Assembly (NCBI GenBank): GCA_028707065.1
Contig: JAQTUZ010000005.1
Span: 3,334-67,333 of the forward strand
DNA from: Patescibacteria group bacterium
GTDB taxonomy: Bacteria > Patescibacteriota > Patescibacteriia > Patescibacteriales > WJLG01
Length of the DNA stretch: 64,000 nt
Reading direction: 5' to 3'
Shown: piece by piece, positions 40,856-49,249 of the stretch
Position numbering within the stretch: the stretch's first letter is position 1
How the letters are laid out: every line of letters starts with the position of its first letter
Notes under the pieces: model-generated
The model's input: only the letters and a program-made list of their open reading frames with translations
Databases searched by the model: none
What the model was told of the DNA's origin: nothing
Position numbers and translations under genes: made by a program

Positions 40856-42604
40856 CTATTCGATCTCTTTTTCCACATCTTTAATCTCCTTGCTGATGAA
40901 TTCCTGGGAAATATCCAAGGCTTCGTTGATCTTATCGCGCACGCGTTTTTCCGACTCAGAGTAGCCGGATTTTTTGTCGGCCAGCTCCATCAATTCATTG
41001 ACTTCTTCCTTAAGCGCGGCGAATATTTCATTCAGCCGCTTTTCCAATTCCTGCGACTCTCTGATCGCCCGATCTTTTCTCTGCCTATTCTGCCGCTTTA
41101 AATAAATCATCAAGCAAATGAGGAAGATGATCACTAACAAGAGGAAAAGAATGATCCAAGTTCCATAAGCGGTGATGAGCGAAGGAGACTGGACCAAGAG
41201 GCCCTTGCGCGAACTTTCAGTGCTTTGCGCGCCGCGGCTGTCGATCACTTGCGCCCAAACGTGATATTCGCCCCTGGCCAATTCATTGTGCTGAAAATAA
41301 GTCCAGTTGCCGTCGGTATCGGTTTTGGTCTGCAGAGTTTTGATATTTTTATCATCCTGGGAAATATAAATATTGATGGTCGCGTCGGGATAAAAAGAAG
41401 TTCCCTGGATCGCCAGTTCCGCGCCCTGATTGATCGTCGCTGGCATATCGGTAATGACCGGGGCCTTCAAGGGTTCCACGGAAAATTGTTTGGATGAACT
41501 GGCCGTGTTCCCGGCTTGGTCGGCTACGGCGATCTGAAGCAGATGCGCGCCTGGTTTAAGTATCGGCAGCTGATAAGGATTTTTGAGATATTCCGGAGCG
41601 GCATATTCCTTGATTTCTCCGTCTAAATTAATTTTATACTTGGCAATGCCGGAAGTTACGTCAACGGTGACAAAGGACAGTTTCGGCGTCGGGTTCGTGG
41701 GATCGCCGCCGTTATCGATGTTGATCGCGAAATCGGTTGGCGGCTTGGTATCGATCAAAGTTTGGCGGGTTGCGACCGGCCCCCAACCGGCCTTATTTTG
41801 AAATTTTAAATGCAGAAAGTTCCGGCCATCGGCGACGTTGGAATAAGTTTTAGTTTCGATGATGCCGTCGGATTTCTTTCCCGGGTCGGTTGAAGAGCTT
41901 TGGTCAAGGGAAAGGCTGACCGCGGAAACATCGGGCAAAAGTTTCCAGCTAAAGACCGGATTATTATTGGCATACCAGATATTTTCGTCGGGATGGGTGG
42001 CCGAATCGATCTTGGGCTGGGGCGGCAAGGCGCCGCCGACCGTTGGCTGGGTCGGCTGGGTAGTCGGGACAGTTGAAGTCGGCTTGCTAACCACGGGCGT
42101 TTTTTCCTTGAAAGTATATTGCGCGCCCGAAGTATTGGCCAAAATGTTGGTTCCCTGGCCATCGGCGGCCAAGGCGCTGGCCGAAGAAAAACTGGCTCCG
42201 CCCGAACCTGCTTTTAAAACCGCGAAGTTTACGGAAATGATCACGCCCGAACTGCCTTTATAAGCGGCCGGGGCTCCGCCCGAGTAAGTTATTGTCCCGG
42301 CGGTATTGGAAAAATTAGGTTCTGCCGTCCAAAGGCTGAAAACCGAATTATTTTTGGAGATGCTTTTAACCACCAAATAATCATTGTCGAATTTAATATT
42401 GCCGTCCGAGGCGTTAACGCCATTCCCCCCGCCGCTATTAAGAACGATGTTGACGTTAAAAACATCGCCGACGCTGTAAGTTCCGCTGGAAGGCGATAAA
42501 TACAAAGTCGCCCCGGCAGCCCGGACGCTCGCGGCCGGCATAAAACCAATCACAAAAGAAAGGAAAAAAATTAAGGTAAAAATTCTCGCGAATTGCTTGA
42601 TCAT
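40856..42604 (-). CDS. cohesin-like surface protein with C-terminal TM anchor and cytoplasmic coiled coil
   Basis: Signal peptide, cohesin-like domain (about 42109-42517: ATLYLSPSSGTYSVGDVFNVNIVLNSGG..), a T/P/Q linker, Ig-like modules, TM WIILFLLLVIIFLICLMIYL and a charged helical tail. It is a paralog of 13791..15542. Confidence 0.7.
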   Translation of the reverse strand: MIKQFARIFTLIFFLSFVIGFMPAASVRAAGATLYLSPSSGTYSVGDVFNVNIVLNSGGGNGVNASDGNIKFDNDYLVVKSISKNNSVFSLWTAEPNFSNTAGTITYSGGAPAAYKGSSGVIISVNFAVLKAGSGGASFSSASALAADGQGTNILANTSGAQYTFKEKTPVVSKPTSTVPTTQPTQPTVGGALPPQPKIDSATHPDENIWYANNNPVFSWKLLPDVSAVSLSLDQSSSTDPGKKSDGIIETKTYSNVADGRNFLHLKFQNKAGWGPVATRQTLIDTKPPTDFAINIDNGGDPTNPTPKLSFVTVDVTSGIAKYKINLDGEIKEYAAPEYLKNPYQLPILKPGAHLLQIAVADQAGNTASSSKQFSVEPLKAPVITDMPATINQGAELAIQGTSFYPDATINIYISQDDKNIKTLQTKTDTDGNWTYFQHNELARGEYHVWAQVIDSRGAQSTESSRKGLLVQSPSLITAYGTWIILFLLLVIIFLICLMIYLKRQNRQRKDRAIRESQELEKRLNEIFAALKEEVNELMELADKKSGYSESEKRVRDKINEALDISQEFISKEIKDVEKEIE

Positions 42605-42614
42605 AATTTATAAA

Positions 42615-42738
42615 AATATCCAATAACCAATATCCAATACTTTAAACAATATTAAAATATAATAATATCTAAAATTTAAATTATTAAAATATTAAATTAT
42701 TTTTTTAAATATTTATTATTTGATATTGGATATTAATT
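42615..42738. repeat. intergenic inverted repeat built from ATATCCAAT words
   Basis: G-free arm aatatccaataaccaatatccaatac (42615-42640). C-free arm ttatttgatattggatattaatt (42716-42738). The loop is very AT-rich. Confidence 0.65.
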
Positions 42739-43197
42739 TTCCTCTTCCATCTCCTTCACCTCGATCCTTTTCTTTCCTCTGGACTGGATGCGCAAGAGCG
42801 GCAATTTCAAAACCAAGACCCCGTTTTCGATGATCGATTCGATCTTAGCGACATTGATCTCCTCGGGAAGGATTATCTGGCGATAAAACTCTCCCCAGCG
42901 GTTTTCCTGGCAAAGATATTCTTTTTCTTCGTCTTCGTCTTTGATCAATTTGGGAATTTCTTTTTTGCCGGAAATAGTGATCACGTCGTTCTCGCTTTCC
43001 ACGAAAATGTCCAGCTTATCGGTTTTCACGCCGGCAATCGGCGCAAAAACCACGATCTTCGAGGAAGTTTGATAGATATCCACATCCAATTGCAAATGCT
43101 CGGTAGAATCTTCATCCAATATTTTTTTCGGCAGCTTCTCCCCTTCTTCAATGTCGACCGCCTCGGTTTTTTTCTTTATTTTGCTTAAAAAAGACAT
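42733..43197 (-). CDS. Hsp20/alpha-crystallin family small heat-shock protein
   Basis: Alpha-crystallin core: LQLDVDIYQTSSKIVVFAPIAGVKTDKLDIFVE..ITISGKK...GEFYRQIILPEEINVAKIESIIENGVLVLKLP. Confidence 0.85.
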   Translation of the reverse strand: MSFLSKIKKKTEAVDIEEGEKLPKKILDEDSTEHLQLDVDIYQTSSKIVVFAPIAGVKTDKLDIFVESENDVITISGKKEIPKLIKDEDEEKEYLCQENRWGEFYRQIILPEEINVAKIESIIENGVLVLKLPLLRIQSRGKKRIEVKEMEEEN

Positions 43198-43212
43198 AAA
43201 TTTAAAAATTAT

Positions 43213-43350
43213 GAAGTTAGAAGTAAGAAGTAAGAATTTTTTTGAATATCTTTAAATATAAAAAATAAAATCCTAATCTTATTATAACACAAAAAAATCA
43301 AACAACAAAATAGCCAAATTTTTCGATATTTCTTACTTCTTACTTCTTGC
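43213..43350. repeat. intergenic inverted repeat built from GAAGTAA words
   Basis: gaagttagaagtaagaagtaagaa (43213-43236) pairs with ttcttacttcttacttcttgc (43330-43350). The loop is 93 nt and AT-rich. Confidence 0.75.
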
Positions 43351-43354
43351 TTTA

Positions 43355-45202
43355 TTAACCGGTCCAGCAATACATCATGATGGAAAAATCGACCAGGTTG
43401 ATCTTGCCGTCTTGATTGATATCGGCATTGGCATTATTCGTTCCCCAGTAATACATTAAAATGGAAAAATCGACCAAATTGATCTTGCCGTCCTTGTTGA
43501 TGTCGGAGCGGGAACAAGGCCCTTGCTCGAGCTTCTGACCCACGCCGCAGAGGACTTTTTGGCTCAAAGTGCTTGAACCGATCTTGGCATAAGAAGTCAG
43601 CGCCGTTAATTCATAAATCCCCCGGCTCAATCCGGCGGTGGGAAAAATCGAACTCCAGCGGCCGTCGGCGCTAACTTTTTCTTTCTTGGCGCTTAGTAAT
43701 TTTTTGCCCGGGTCGTTCATTTGGACGATCACCCACACGTTGGGGGCGCTTTGTCCGGAAACGAAAATATTTTGGCCCAGCTCAATTGTCGTGCTGGCCA
43801 ATTTGATCGTCGGCGGAATCAAAATATTAGTCACATTCGTTTGCGTGTTAGCCTCGATCCAAAAAGTCGTGGGATAGGCGATCGAATTTATCCCTTCGGT
43901 GTCCTTGGCCACCAGGGTAAAAGTATATAATCCCTTTTTCAGGCTGCCGACCTCGGCAAAAAAACTGGCGTCAGGCCTGGCCAGCACCGATCCCAATAAC
44001 TGGCTATCCTGGGAAACGCCGATGCTCGAGCCGGGGTAAGCATAGCCGCTCAAAGCCACGCTGGGTAATTGCACGTTTTGGAGAGGAAAAGGCTTGAGGA
44101 TGCCCGTGCCTGAACCGCTGCCCGAACCCCTGCCTCCGCCGCCGCCACCGCCGCCTCCTCCGCCGCCACCGCCGCCCGTGCCGCCGCCGGTTCCCGTGCC
44201 CGTGCCGCCGCCCGTGCCGCCGCCCGTGCCGCCCTCGCCTTGCGCGGCCACGCAAAAATGAATGAGATAATCGTCAAAATTCACCGTGTCTTCGACAGTA
44301 TCGTGACAGCGGACAAAATAGGAAAAACAGCGGGCGCTGGATAAACCGGTGATCATGATGGTGTGATAGAGATCGTCGGAAGTATAAAATTCATCGGTCA
44401 TGTCGTAATAATCCGTCCCGCTCGCCACGCTATAGCGGCAAGTGGCGTCATAGTTGGTCGTTAAGGACATGATCGTCTGCGTTGTTTGCGCGGTCAAAGT
44501 GCCGGTCGGCAAACCGTTGGCGCGAATTTTTATCAAGCCCGCGCTCACCGCGACCGGCTCGACCATCACCACGAAAGTTCGGACATTATCAATGACCGCG
44601 TCGGCCGCGTTATAAGTCTTGACATCAAGCCAATAGCTTCCGGCGCTGGAGGCGTTGATGATCTGATTTACGCCCAAACCGCCAAAGGCGGCGTTCTTGC
44701 CCATTTTTATCCGCACTCGATCATGCGCGGCAATGCCCGTGGAAGAATTCAAAGTGATGGTGATCTTTCCTCCCTGGCCGGCAGTAACTGCCACGCCGTC
44801 GGTGCTGGTGGCGGCCACATCGCCCAACTGGCGATTGAGAAAAATATCAGTCCCGGAAGCGGCCACGGCCAGATCCAGATCAAAATAATCGAACAGAGCT
44901 GGGATGGCCAAGCCGTTATTGGCGAAGCTAATGACAATTTTTCCTCCCGGCGGCACTGCTTGAGCGGTATTAAAATTAACCAGATGATTAGTTGAAGTTG
45001 CCGGCCGAGAACTGTTGATCAGATCATAGGCTTGATATAAATTGGTGGCCCGGGCGGAAAAGGCCGAAATCAAAAAAACGGCCAGCAAACAAATAAAGCC
45101 GCCCAGGACCTGTTTGATAAGTCCATTTCTATCATGAAAGCGACTTATCCGGCCGGCTCTGGAAAAATAACTGATTTTGTTAAATTTTTTACCAGTGATC
45201 AT
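43355..45202 (-). CDS. secreted dockerin-containing protein with poly-Gly linker
   Basis: Signal anchor, an N-terminal beta-rich domain, the G/T-rich tract GGTGGGTGGGTGTGTGGGTGGGGGGGGGGGGGGG, and two Ig-like modules. The C-terminal dockerin pair is DINKDGKINLVDFSILM / DINQDGKINLVDFSIMM (43358-43516). Confidence 0.75.
   Translation of the reverse strand: MITGKKFNKISYFSRAGRISRFHDRNGLIKQVLGGFICLLAVFLISAFSARATNLYQAYDLINSSRPATSTNHLVNFNTAQAVPPGGKIVISFANNGLAIPALFDYFDLDLAVAASGTDIFLNRQLGDVAATSTDGVAVTAGQGGKITITLNSSTGIAAHDRVRIKMGKNAAFGGLGVNQIINASSAGSYWLDVKTYNAADAVIDNVRTFVVMVEPVAVSAGLIKIRANGLPTGTLTAQTTQTIMSLTTNYDATCRYSVASGTDYYDMTDEFYTSDDLYHTIMITGLSSARCFSYFVRCHDTVEDTVNFDDYLIHFCVAAQGEGGTGGGTGGGTGTGTGGGTGGGGGGGGGGGGGGGRGSGSGSGTGILKPFPLQNVQLPSVALSGYAYPGSSIGVSQDSQLLGSVLARPDASFFAEVGSLKKGLYTFTLVAKDTEGINSIAYPTTFWIEANTQTNVTNILIPPTIKLASTTIELGQNIFVSGQSAPNVWVIVQMNDPGKKLLSAKKEKVSADGRWSSIFPTAGLSRGIYELTALTSYAKIGSSTLSQKVLCGVGQKLEQGPCSRSDINKDGKINLVDFSILMYYWGTNNANADINQDGKINLVDFSIMMYCWTG
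44101..44240. repeat. GGN/GGT-ACC low-complexity tract (poly-Gly coding)
   Basis: Plus strand reads ccgccgccgccaccgccgcctcctccgccgccaccgccgcccgtgccgccgccgg..., encoding the Gly/Thr run of 43355..45202. Confidence 0.8.
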
Positions 45203-45675
45203 TTTTGAAAATCATTCTCATTTTGAAGATTGTTCTCTTTTTTCTCTTCCTGCGGCGGCGCTTCCTTCCTCTCCCATTGGGCCAGAATTTCCAATTCCTT
45301 TTCGCGGCGGCGATCAAAATAAAAATTAAGGACTACTAAAGCCGCCAAAATGCCCAGCGCGAGAAAAATAGCCAAAAGCAAACCGCTATTCCAAAAGTTG
45401 TCCTGCTTCTGCCTTTGCGCCTCCTGATCATTGAGCGCCTGTTCTCTGGCGTTAAGCTGTTTTTCCTTTTCGTCAAGCTGCAGCGCCAATTGGTTGATCG
45501 GGTTCACCGCCACGGTGGCGGAATTGTTGATGCCCGTGGCCGCGCTCAATTTATTACCCAAGAAAAAAACCAAATTCAGGGGATGGAGAAAAAGAAAAAA
45601 CAGAAAAAACGATAAAATCACCGCCAGGCAAAAGATCAGCGCCGAGTGATAAATTTTTTTAATGAAGAAAAACAT
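45199..45675 (-). CDS. small membrane protein with coiled coil, unknown function
   Basis: Two TMs flank a Q/E-rich helix (QLALQLDEKEKQLNAREQALNDQEAQRQKQ). Its stop overlaps the start of 43355..45202 (ATGA, 45199-45202), suggesting translational coupling. Confidence 0.5.
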   Translation of the reverse strand: MFFFIKKIYHSALIFCLAVILSFFLFFLFLHPLNLVFFLGNKLSAATGINNSATVAVNPINQLALQLDEKEKQLNAREQALNDQEAQRQKQDNFWNSGLLLAIFLALGILAALVVLNFYFDRRREKELEILAQWERKEAPPQEEKKENNLQNENDFQK

Positions 45676-45678
45676 TGG

Positions 45679-45847
45679 GAATTAGTTAACTGGTTAATTA
45701 GTTAATTAGTTTACAACTTAATAAGTTTAGTGATATAAAAAAATTAAAATATTATTTCATGTTTAAAAATAAACAACAGTCTTATTCTTTCTTTATAAAG
45801 TTGTAAAATTGTAGACTAATTAACCGATTAACTAATCAACTAACCGG
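45679..45847. repeat. family A inverted-repeat element with ~100-nt core
   Basis: Arms gaattagttaactggttaattagttaattagtttac (45679-45714) and gactaattaaccgattaactaatcaactaaccgg (45814-45847). The core shares aaaattaaaatattatttcatgttt with the core at 46799-46913. Confidence 0.8.
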
Positions 45848-46753
45848 CTATTTCGCGCATCTGAATCCCGTGCCCGTGCCCGCTTCGGACGGCGGCGTCA
45901 CCAGATAGACGGAATATTGCCCGGCTTGATCATTATTACCCCAATAACCGCCGCGCGCAATGCCGCGGGAGCCGGTCTTTTTTATCCAAAAATAATCATC
46001 GTAATAATTAGGATCAGCTTGGTCCGAATTGGTATCAGTGGGCATGGCCAGGGAATTCACCCCCTTGATATAACCGTCGTCAGGCAGGGCGTTGCCCTGA
46101 TATTTTCCGTCTTCGACAGTCCCTTCCACCCATTCCCAGACGTTGCCGATCAAGTCATAAGCGCCCGCGCCCGAAACGCAATTTTTTCCCGAGCCGGCCG
46201 GTCCCGGCTGTTTGACCCAATTATTGGCCACTTGGCAATCATCAGCTCCCCAATTGCTATTCTTATCCGGAGTGGCCAACGCGGCCGCCAGCCATTCTTC
46301 GTTGGTGGGCAAGCGCTTACCGGCTTTGGCGCAGGCCACCGCCGCCTGATTTTGCGAAATATAGCGCCAAGGGATCAAGCCCGCTTGCGAGGCCGGCTGG
46401 CAAGACTGGTTTTCCAAATTAGTTCTGGTTTGGTCCTGATTGGCCGGATCCTTGAAAGAGCAGCCATTGCCGGCCGCGTCTTCATATTTATCCAGGCAAA
46501 AACCGCCGGTCGAACCTGGAATAAAAACCATCTCGGCCGGACAAAGAGAATTATTTTTCGCCTTGTTGCCGAACAAACTGTCGCTCGCCTTGATCCCGGC
46601 GGTCGTCAAAGCCACCGCGACGATCATCACGATCAGCCACCTTATCCAGCCAGATTTTCTTTTTCCGCCCTTTTCTTGATACTCAAAACGCCCGGAATCT
46701 TGCCTTCCGCCGGTTGACCTTGCCTTATGTTTTAAATCCAATACTTCGGACAT
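45848..46753 (-). CDS. membrane-anchored FGE-sulfatase/SUMF1-family domain protein
   Basis: N-terminal TM (WIRWLIVMIVAVALTTAGI). Family motifs LPTNEEWLAAA, GNVWEWVEG, RGGYWGN and C-terminal GFRCAK. Confidence 0.8.
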   Translation of the reverse strand: MSEVLDLKHKARSTGGRQDSGRFEYQEKGGKRKSGWIRWLIVMIVAVALTTAGIKASDSLFGNKAKNNSLCPAEMVFIPGSTGGFCLDKYEDAAGNGCSFKDPANQDQTRTNLENQSCQPASQAGLIPWRYISQNQAAVACAKAGKRLPTNEEWLAAALATPDKNSNWGADDCQVANNWVKQPGPAGSGKNCVSGAGAYDLIGNVWEWVEGTVEDGKYQGNALPDDGYIKGVNSLAMPTDTNSDQADPNYYDDYFWIKKTGSRGIARGGYWGNNDQAGQYSVYLVTPPSEAGTGTGFRCAK

Positions 46754-46764
46754 TAAAAACAGGT

Positions 46765-46946
46765 ATTAGTTAATTGGTTGATTGGTTAATTAGTTGTGCA
46801 ATAGAAAATTTTTAAAGGATTTGACTCGGCCAAAAATTTAAAATATTGTTTCATTTTTTAAATCATTAAATTTCGATCGCCATATTTTATTGAACAAAAT
46901 TGATGAACCTGCAGACTAAGTGCCCAATCAACTAATTAACTAATTA
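46765..46946. repeat. family A inverted-repeat element with ~115-nt core
   Basis: Arms attagttaattggttgattggttaattagttgtg (46765-46798) and gactaagtgcccaatcaactaattaactaatta (46914-46946). Confidence 0.8.
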
Positions 46947-48038
46947 CTATGATTTCTTCCTCAAATCAATCACTTTCTTTTCTTCCAATTTTTCAGCCGC
47001 CCCGGCTTCCTTGATCGTTTTTTTCTCGGCTTTTTTTCTGGCTGTTTCCGCGGCTTTCAACTGCTTTTCCAGACCCTTCACCGAACGGCGGATATAATAG
47101 CGCACGAAAATGAAAATCAAAACAAGGAAGAGCAATAAGCCGCCGCCGATGAGCGAGAGCCAGCGCCAATTAAATCCCCAGAAAAAGAAAGTGGCGAATT
47201 CGGTTTGTTTGGCCTGCTCGCCATAGGAAAGCGATAATTCCGCCCGATAGCGATTGATCAAAAAGAAATTATCGCCCGACCATTTCAAATTATCCCAGGT
47301 CCGTTCGCCTTTGGGCAAGACATTGCCGAAATCGCTGGCGATATTCACCGGGATTTCCCCCTGCTGTTTGCCGAACATGTCGAAAATCCTGATATCGCCG
47401 GTCGGCGCGAGATGGACATTGCCCAAATTGTCAAAACGCACGCGGAAATTTCCCTCGCCGCCCCGATAGATCCGGTTGCTAAAAGTGAATTCCCTGATCA
47501 TCCCTTTCTCCTCGATCGCTCCGGCCACTCTGGCCAAAATCAGCGAAGAGATATAAGAGGTGACTTTTATTTCCGTGCCTTTGGCCGTTTCCGCCGGCGG
47601 ATTGGTGCCGATCAAAATCGCCGCGTAATGCCCGCCGGGCTGGGCGTTGAGCGGCACGTCGATCGAAAAAGAAAAAGTGGCGGTTTGGAACGGCGGCAAG
47701 TCCTGTTTCTCCTGGCTTAAAGTGATCCACTGGCTTAAATAAACGCTTTTATTTTCCGGCGTCTCCGGCAAATTGCCGTTATTTAAAAATTTTATTTCGC
47801 CGTTGCCGTTATCCGCGAAATCAACTATTTTGGCGTAAACGGTCACCGGATAACTATTATTGTTAACCGCGTTAACGGCCGTGGCCAAACTTTCACCCGG
47901 CTCCATATTAATCTTCATCAGCGGCGGCGTGATCGTCAAAGCCAAAGCAGAGTCATTGGCGGCCCAAACCAAACCCGGGGTGAAAATTAAAAAAAATGAA
48001 AATATTATAAAAAAAATTTTTTCAATCATGGCTTTCAT
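46947..48038 (-). CDS. DUF916/DUF3324-like (CscA-like) surface protein with C-terminal TM anchor
   Basis: Signal peptide FSFFLIFTPGLVWA. LALTITPPLMKINMEPGESLATAVNAVNNNSYPVTVYAKI.., then a second half FRVRFDNLGNVHLAPTGDIRIFD..LPKGERTW..YRAELSLSYG, a TM and a Lys-rich tail. Confidence 0.5.
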   Translation of the reverse strand: MKAMIEKIFFIIFSFFLIFTPGLVWAANDSALALTITPPLMKINMEPGESLATAVNAVNNNSYPVTVYAKIVDFADNGNGEIKFLNNGNLPETPENKSVYLSQWITLSQEKQDLPPFQTATFSFSIDVPLNAQPGGHYAAILIGTNPPAETAKGTEIKVTSYISSLILARVAGAIEEKGMIREFTFSNRIYRGGEGNFRVRFDNLGNVHLAPTGDIRIFDMFGKQQGEIPVNIASDFGNVLPKGERTWDNLKWSGDNFFLINRYRAELSLSYGEQAKQTEFATFFFWGFNWRWLSLIGGGLLLFLVLIFIFVRYYIRRSVKGLEKQLKAAETARKKAEKKTIKEAGAAEKLEEKKVIDLRKKS

Positions 48039-48064
48039 GGGCTTAGGGAAATTTAACCCCTCGT

Positions 48065-49078
48065 TTATTTTTTTAAGTTAATCACGTATTTATGGTGGTG
48101 GCGAGGAACGGAGCCGGGTTCGGCTTCAAGCTCATCGCCGTTTTTTTCCATAGGTGAGACTGATCTTTTCTCCTGCCTTTTTTTGTGGATGAACCAGGCC
48201 GCGCCGTAAAGCAATCCCAAAATAATCGCCAATAAAGCGATAAACAAAGCCAGGGGCAAATAGGAAAAGTAAACGATATCGGTCAGATTTTTCCCGTTAT
48301 TCTGGCCGTAATCAAGATTAAGCATGGCCTTGAACTTTCCCGGCCCAAGAGCAAGCTTGCCCGCGGCGGAAAAATCTTTTACTTCGTCGGGAGCAATGGT
48401 GCCGCCGGCGATCGACAGTGAACCGACTTCCTGGCCGCCTTTATTGTAAATGATTATTTCGCCAGTTGGCGCCACCGGCTGATTGCCGATATTTTTTATC
48501 TTTAAAACAAAGCTGATATTGTTTTTCGTAAAAAGAGCGCTCGCCGGCTGGAAGCGGTTAATTTCCGCTTGCTCTACCTGATGCTCGACCAGATCCAGAT
48601 TGATCTGCACTTTCGCGGCGTTCATTTTTTGATCGCTCGCTTGCGCCTCGGGCAGATTGCCGCCGGCGGGAAAAGAAATGATCGCGTGATATTTTCCGGG
48701 CCGGGCGTTAGGGCTGGCGGTGATGCGCAAAGTTTGCGTCGCGGTTTCGCCCGGCGGAATTTCGATCACCGCGCGGTAAAAATCGATCCAGCGAACCAGT
48801 GAGGCATCAGCCGGAAGATCAGACGGATCGCCATAAGGAATTATGCCCGCGGCAGGCGAAAGATCGTTGACTTGCGCGTAAACATCGGCCCGAGCGGCGG
48901 AATTATTTTTAATCGCGATAGTTTCCTCCAGGCAGATTCTCCCCTTTTCGCAAGCGGCCACGTCGATCACCGCCGGCGTAACGCTTAAATCAAAAATGGT
49001 ATCGGCGGAAACGATCGCGGGCGAAAAAAACACCGGCAACAGCAGACTAAAAAATATTAATTTTTGCAATAGGCGCAT
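48065..49078 (-). CDS. DUF916/DUF3324-like (CscA-like) surface protein with C-terminal TM anchor
   Basis: ATG at 49078 (MRLLQKLIFFSLLLPVFFSPAIVSA); the track start at 49087 is a TTG. The layout matches 46947 (IFDLSVTPAVIDV.., KIKNIGNQPVAPTGEIIIYN.., a TM and a basic tail). Confidence 0.5.
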   Translation of the reverse strand: MRLLQKLIFFSLLLPVFFSPAIVSADTIFDLSVTPAVIDVAACEKGRICLEETIAIKNNSAARADVYAQVNDLSPAAGIIPYGDPSDLPADASLVRWIDFYRAVIEIPPGETATQTLRITASPNARPGKYHAIISFPAGGNLPEAQASDQKMNAAKVQINLDLVEHQVEQAEINRFQPASALFTKNNISFVLKIKNIGNQPVAPTGEIIIYNKGGQEVGSLSIAGGTIAPDEVKDFSAAGKLALGPGKFKAMLNLDYGQNNGKNLTDIVYFSYLPLALFIALLAIILGLLYGAAWFIHKKRQEKRSVSPMEKNGDELEAEPGSVPRHHHKYVINLKK

Positions 49079-49089
49079 TTTATTCAAAT

Positions 49090-49230
49090 TGAGGGGAAAA
49101 CCCTTGATGGTCCCGCCGCGGCGGGATCAAGACTCCCTTTTCCAAGGTGCTCGGGTCGCTCCGTTATCCGGCCGACTCTCGCGGTTATTTTATGCCCCGC
49201 AGTTTGCTCGCGGGGAATTATAGATTAAAA
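49090..49230 (-). promoter_or_regulatory. ~145-nt conserved intergenic element, copy 2
   Basis: Aligns with 22725-22870: same TCTATAAT 5' end, same conserved core, and the GC hairpin cccgccgcggcggg flanked by cttgat/atcaag. It ends about 12 nt before the start region of 48065..49078. Confidence 0.4.
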
Positions 49231-49249
49231 ACTATCCGCCGCTAAACAG

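Noticed and set aside
44004-44277. Arg-rich 75-83-aa ORFs (RRRRRRWRRRRQ..).
   Set aside because: They are alternative-frame readings of the GGN poly-Gly tract of 43355..45202.
12857-45202. Cohesin and dockerin genes interpreted as a cellulosome.
   Set aside because: I recognise no glycoside hydrolase, carbohydrate esterase or CBM on any dockerin-bearing or neighbouring protein. Cohesin-dockerin pairs are known outside cellulolytic systems.
45848-46753. Diversity-generating retroelement targeting the FGE-fold protein.
   Set aside because: There is no reverse transcriptase ORF and no second copy of the 3' end of the gene (template repeat) anywhere in the 64 kb. It can only be tested genome-wide.
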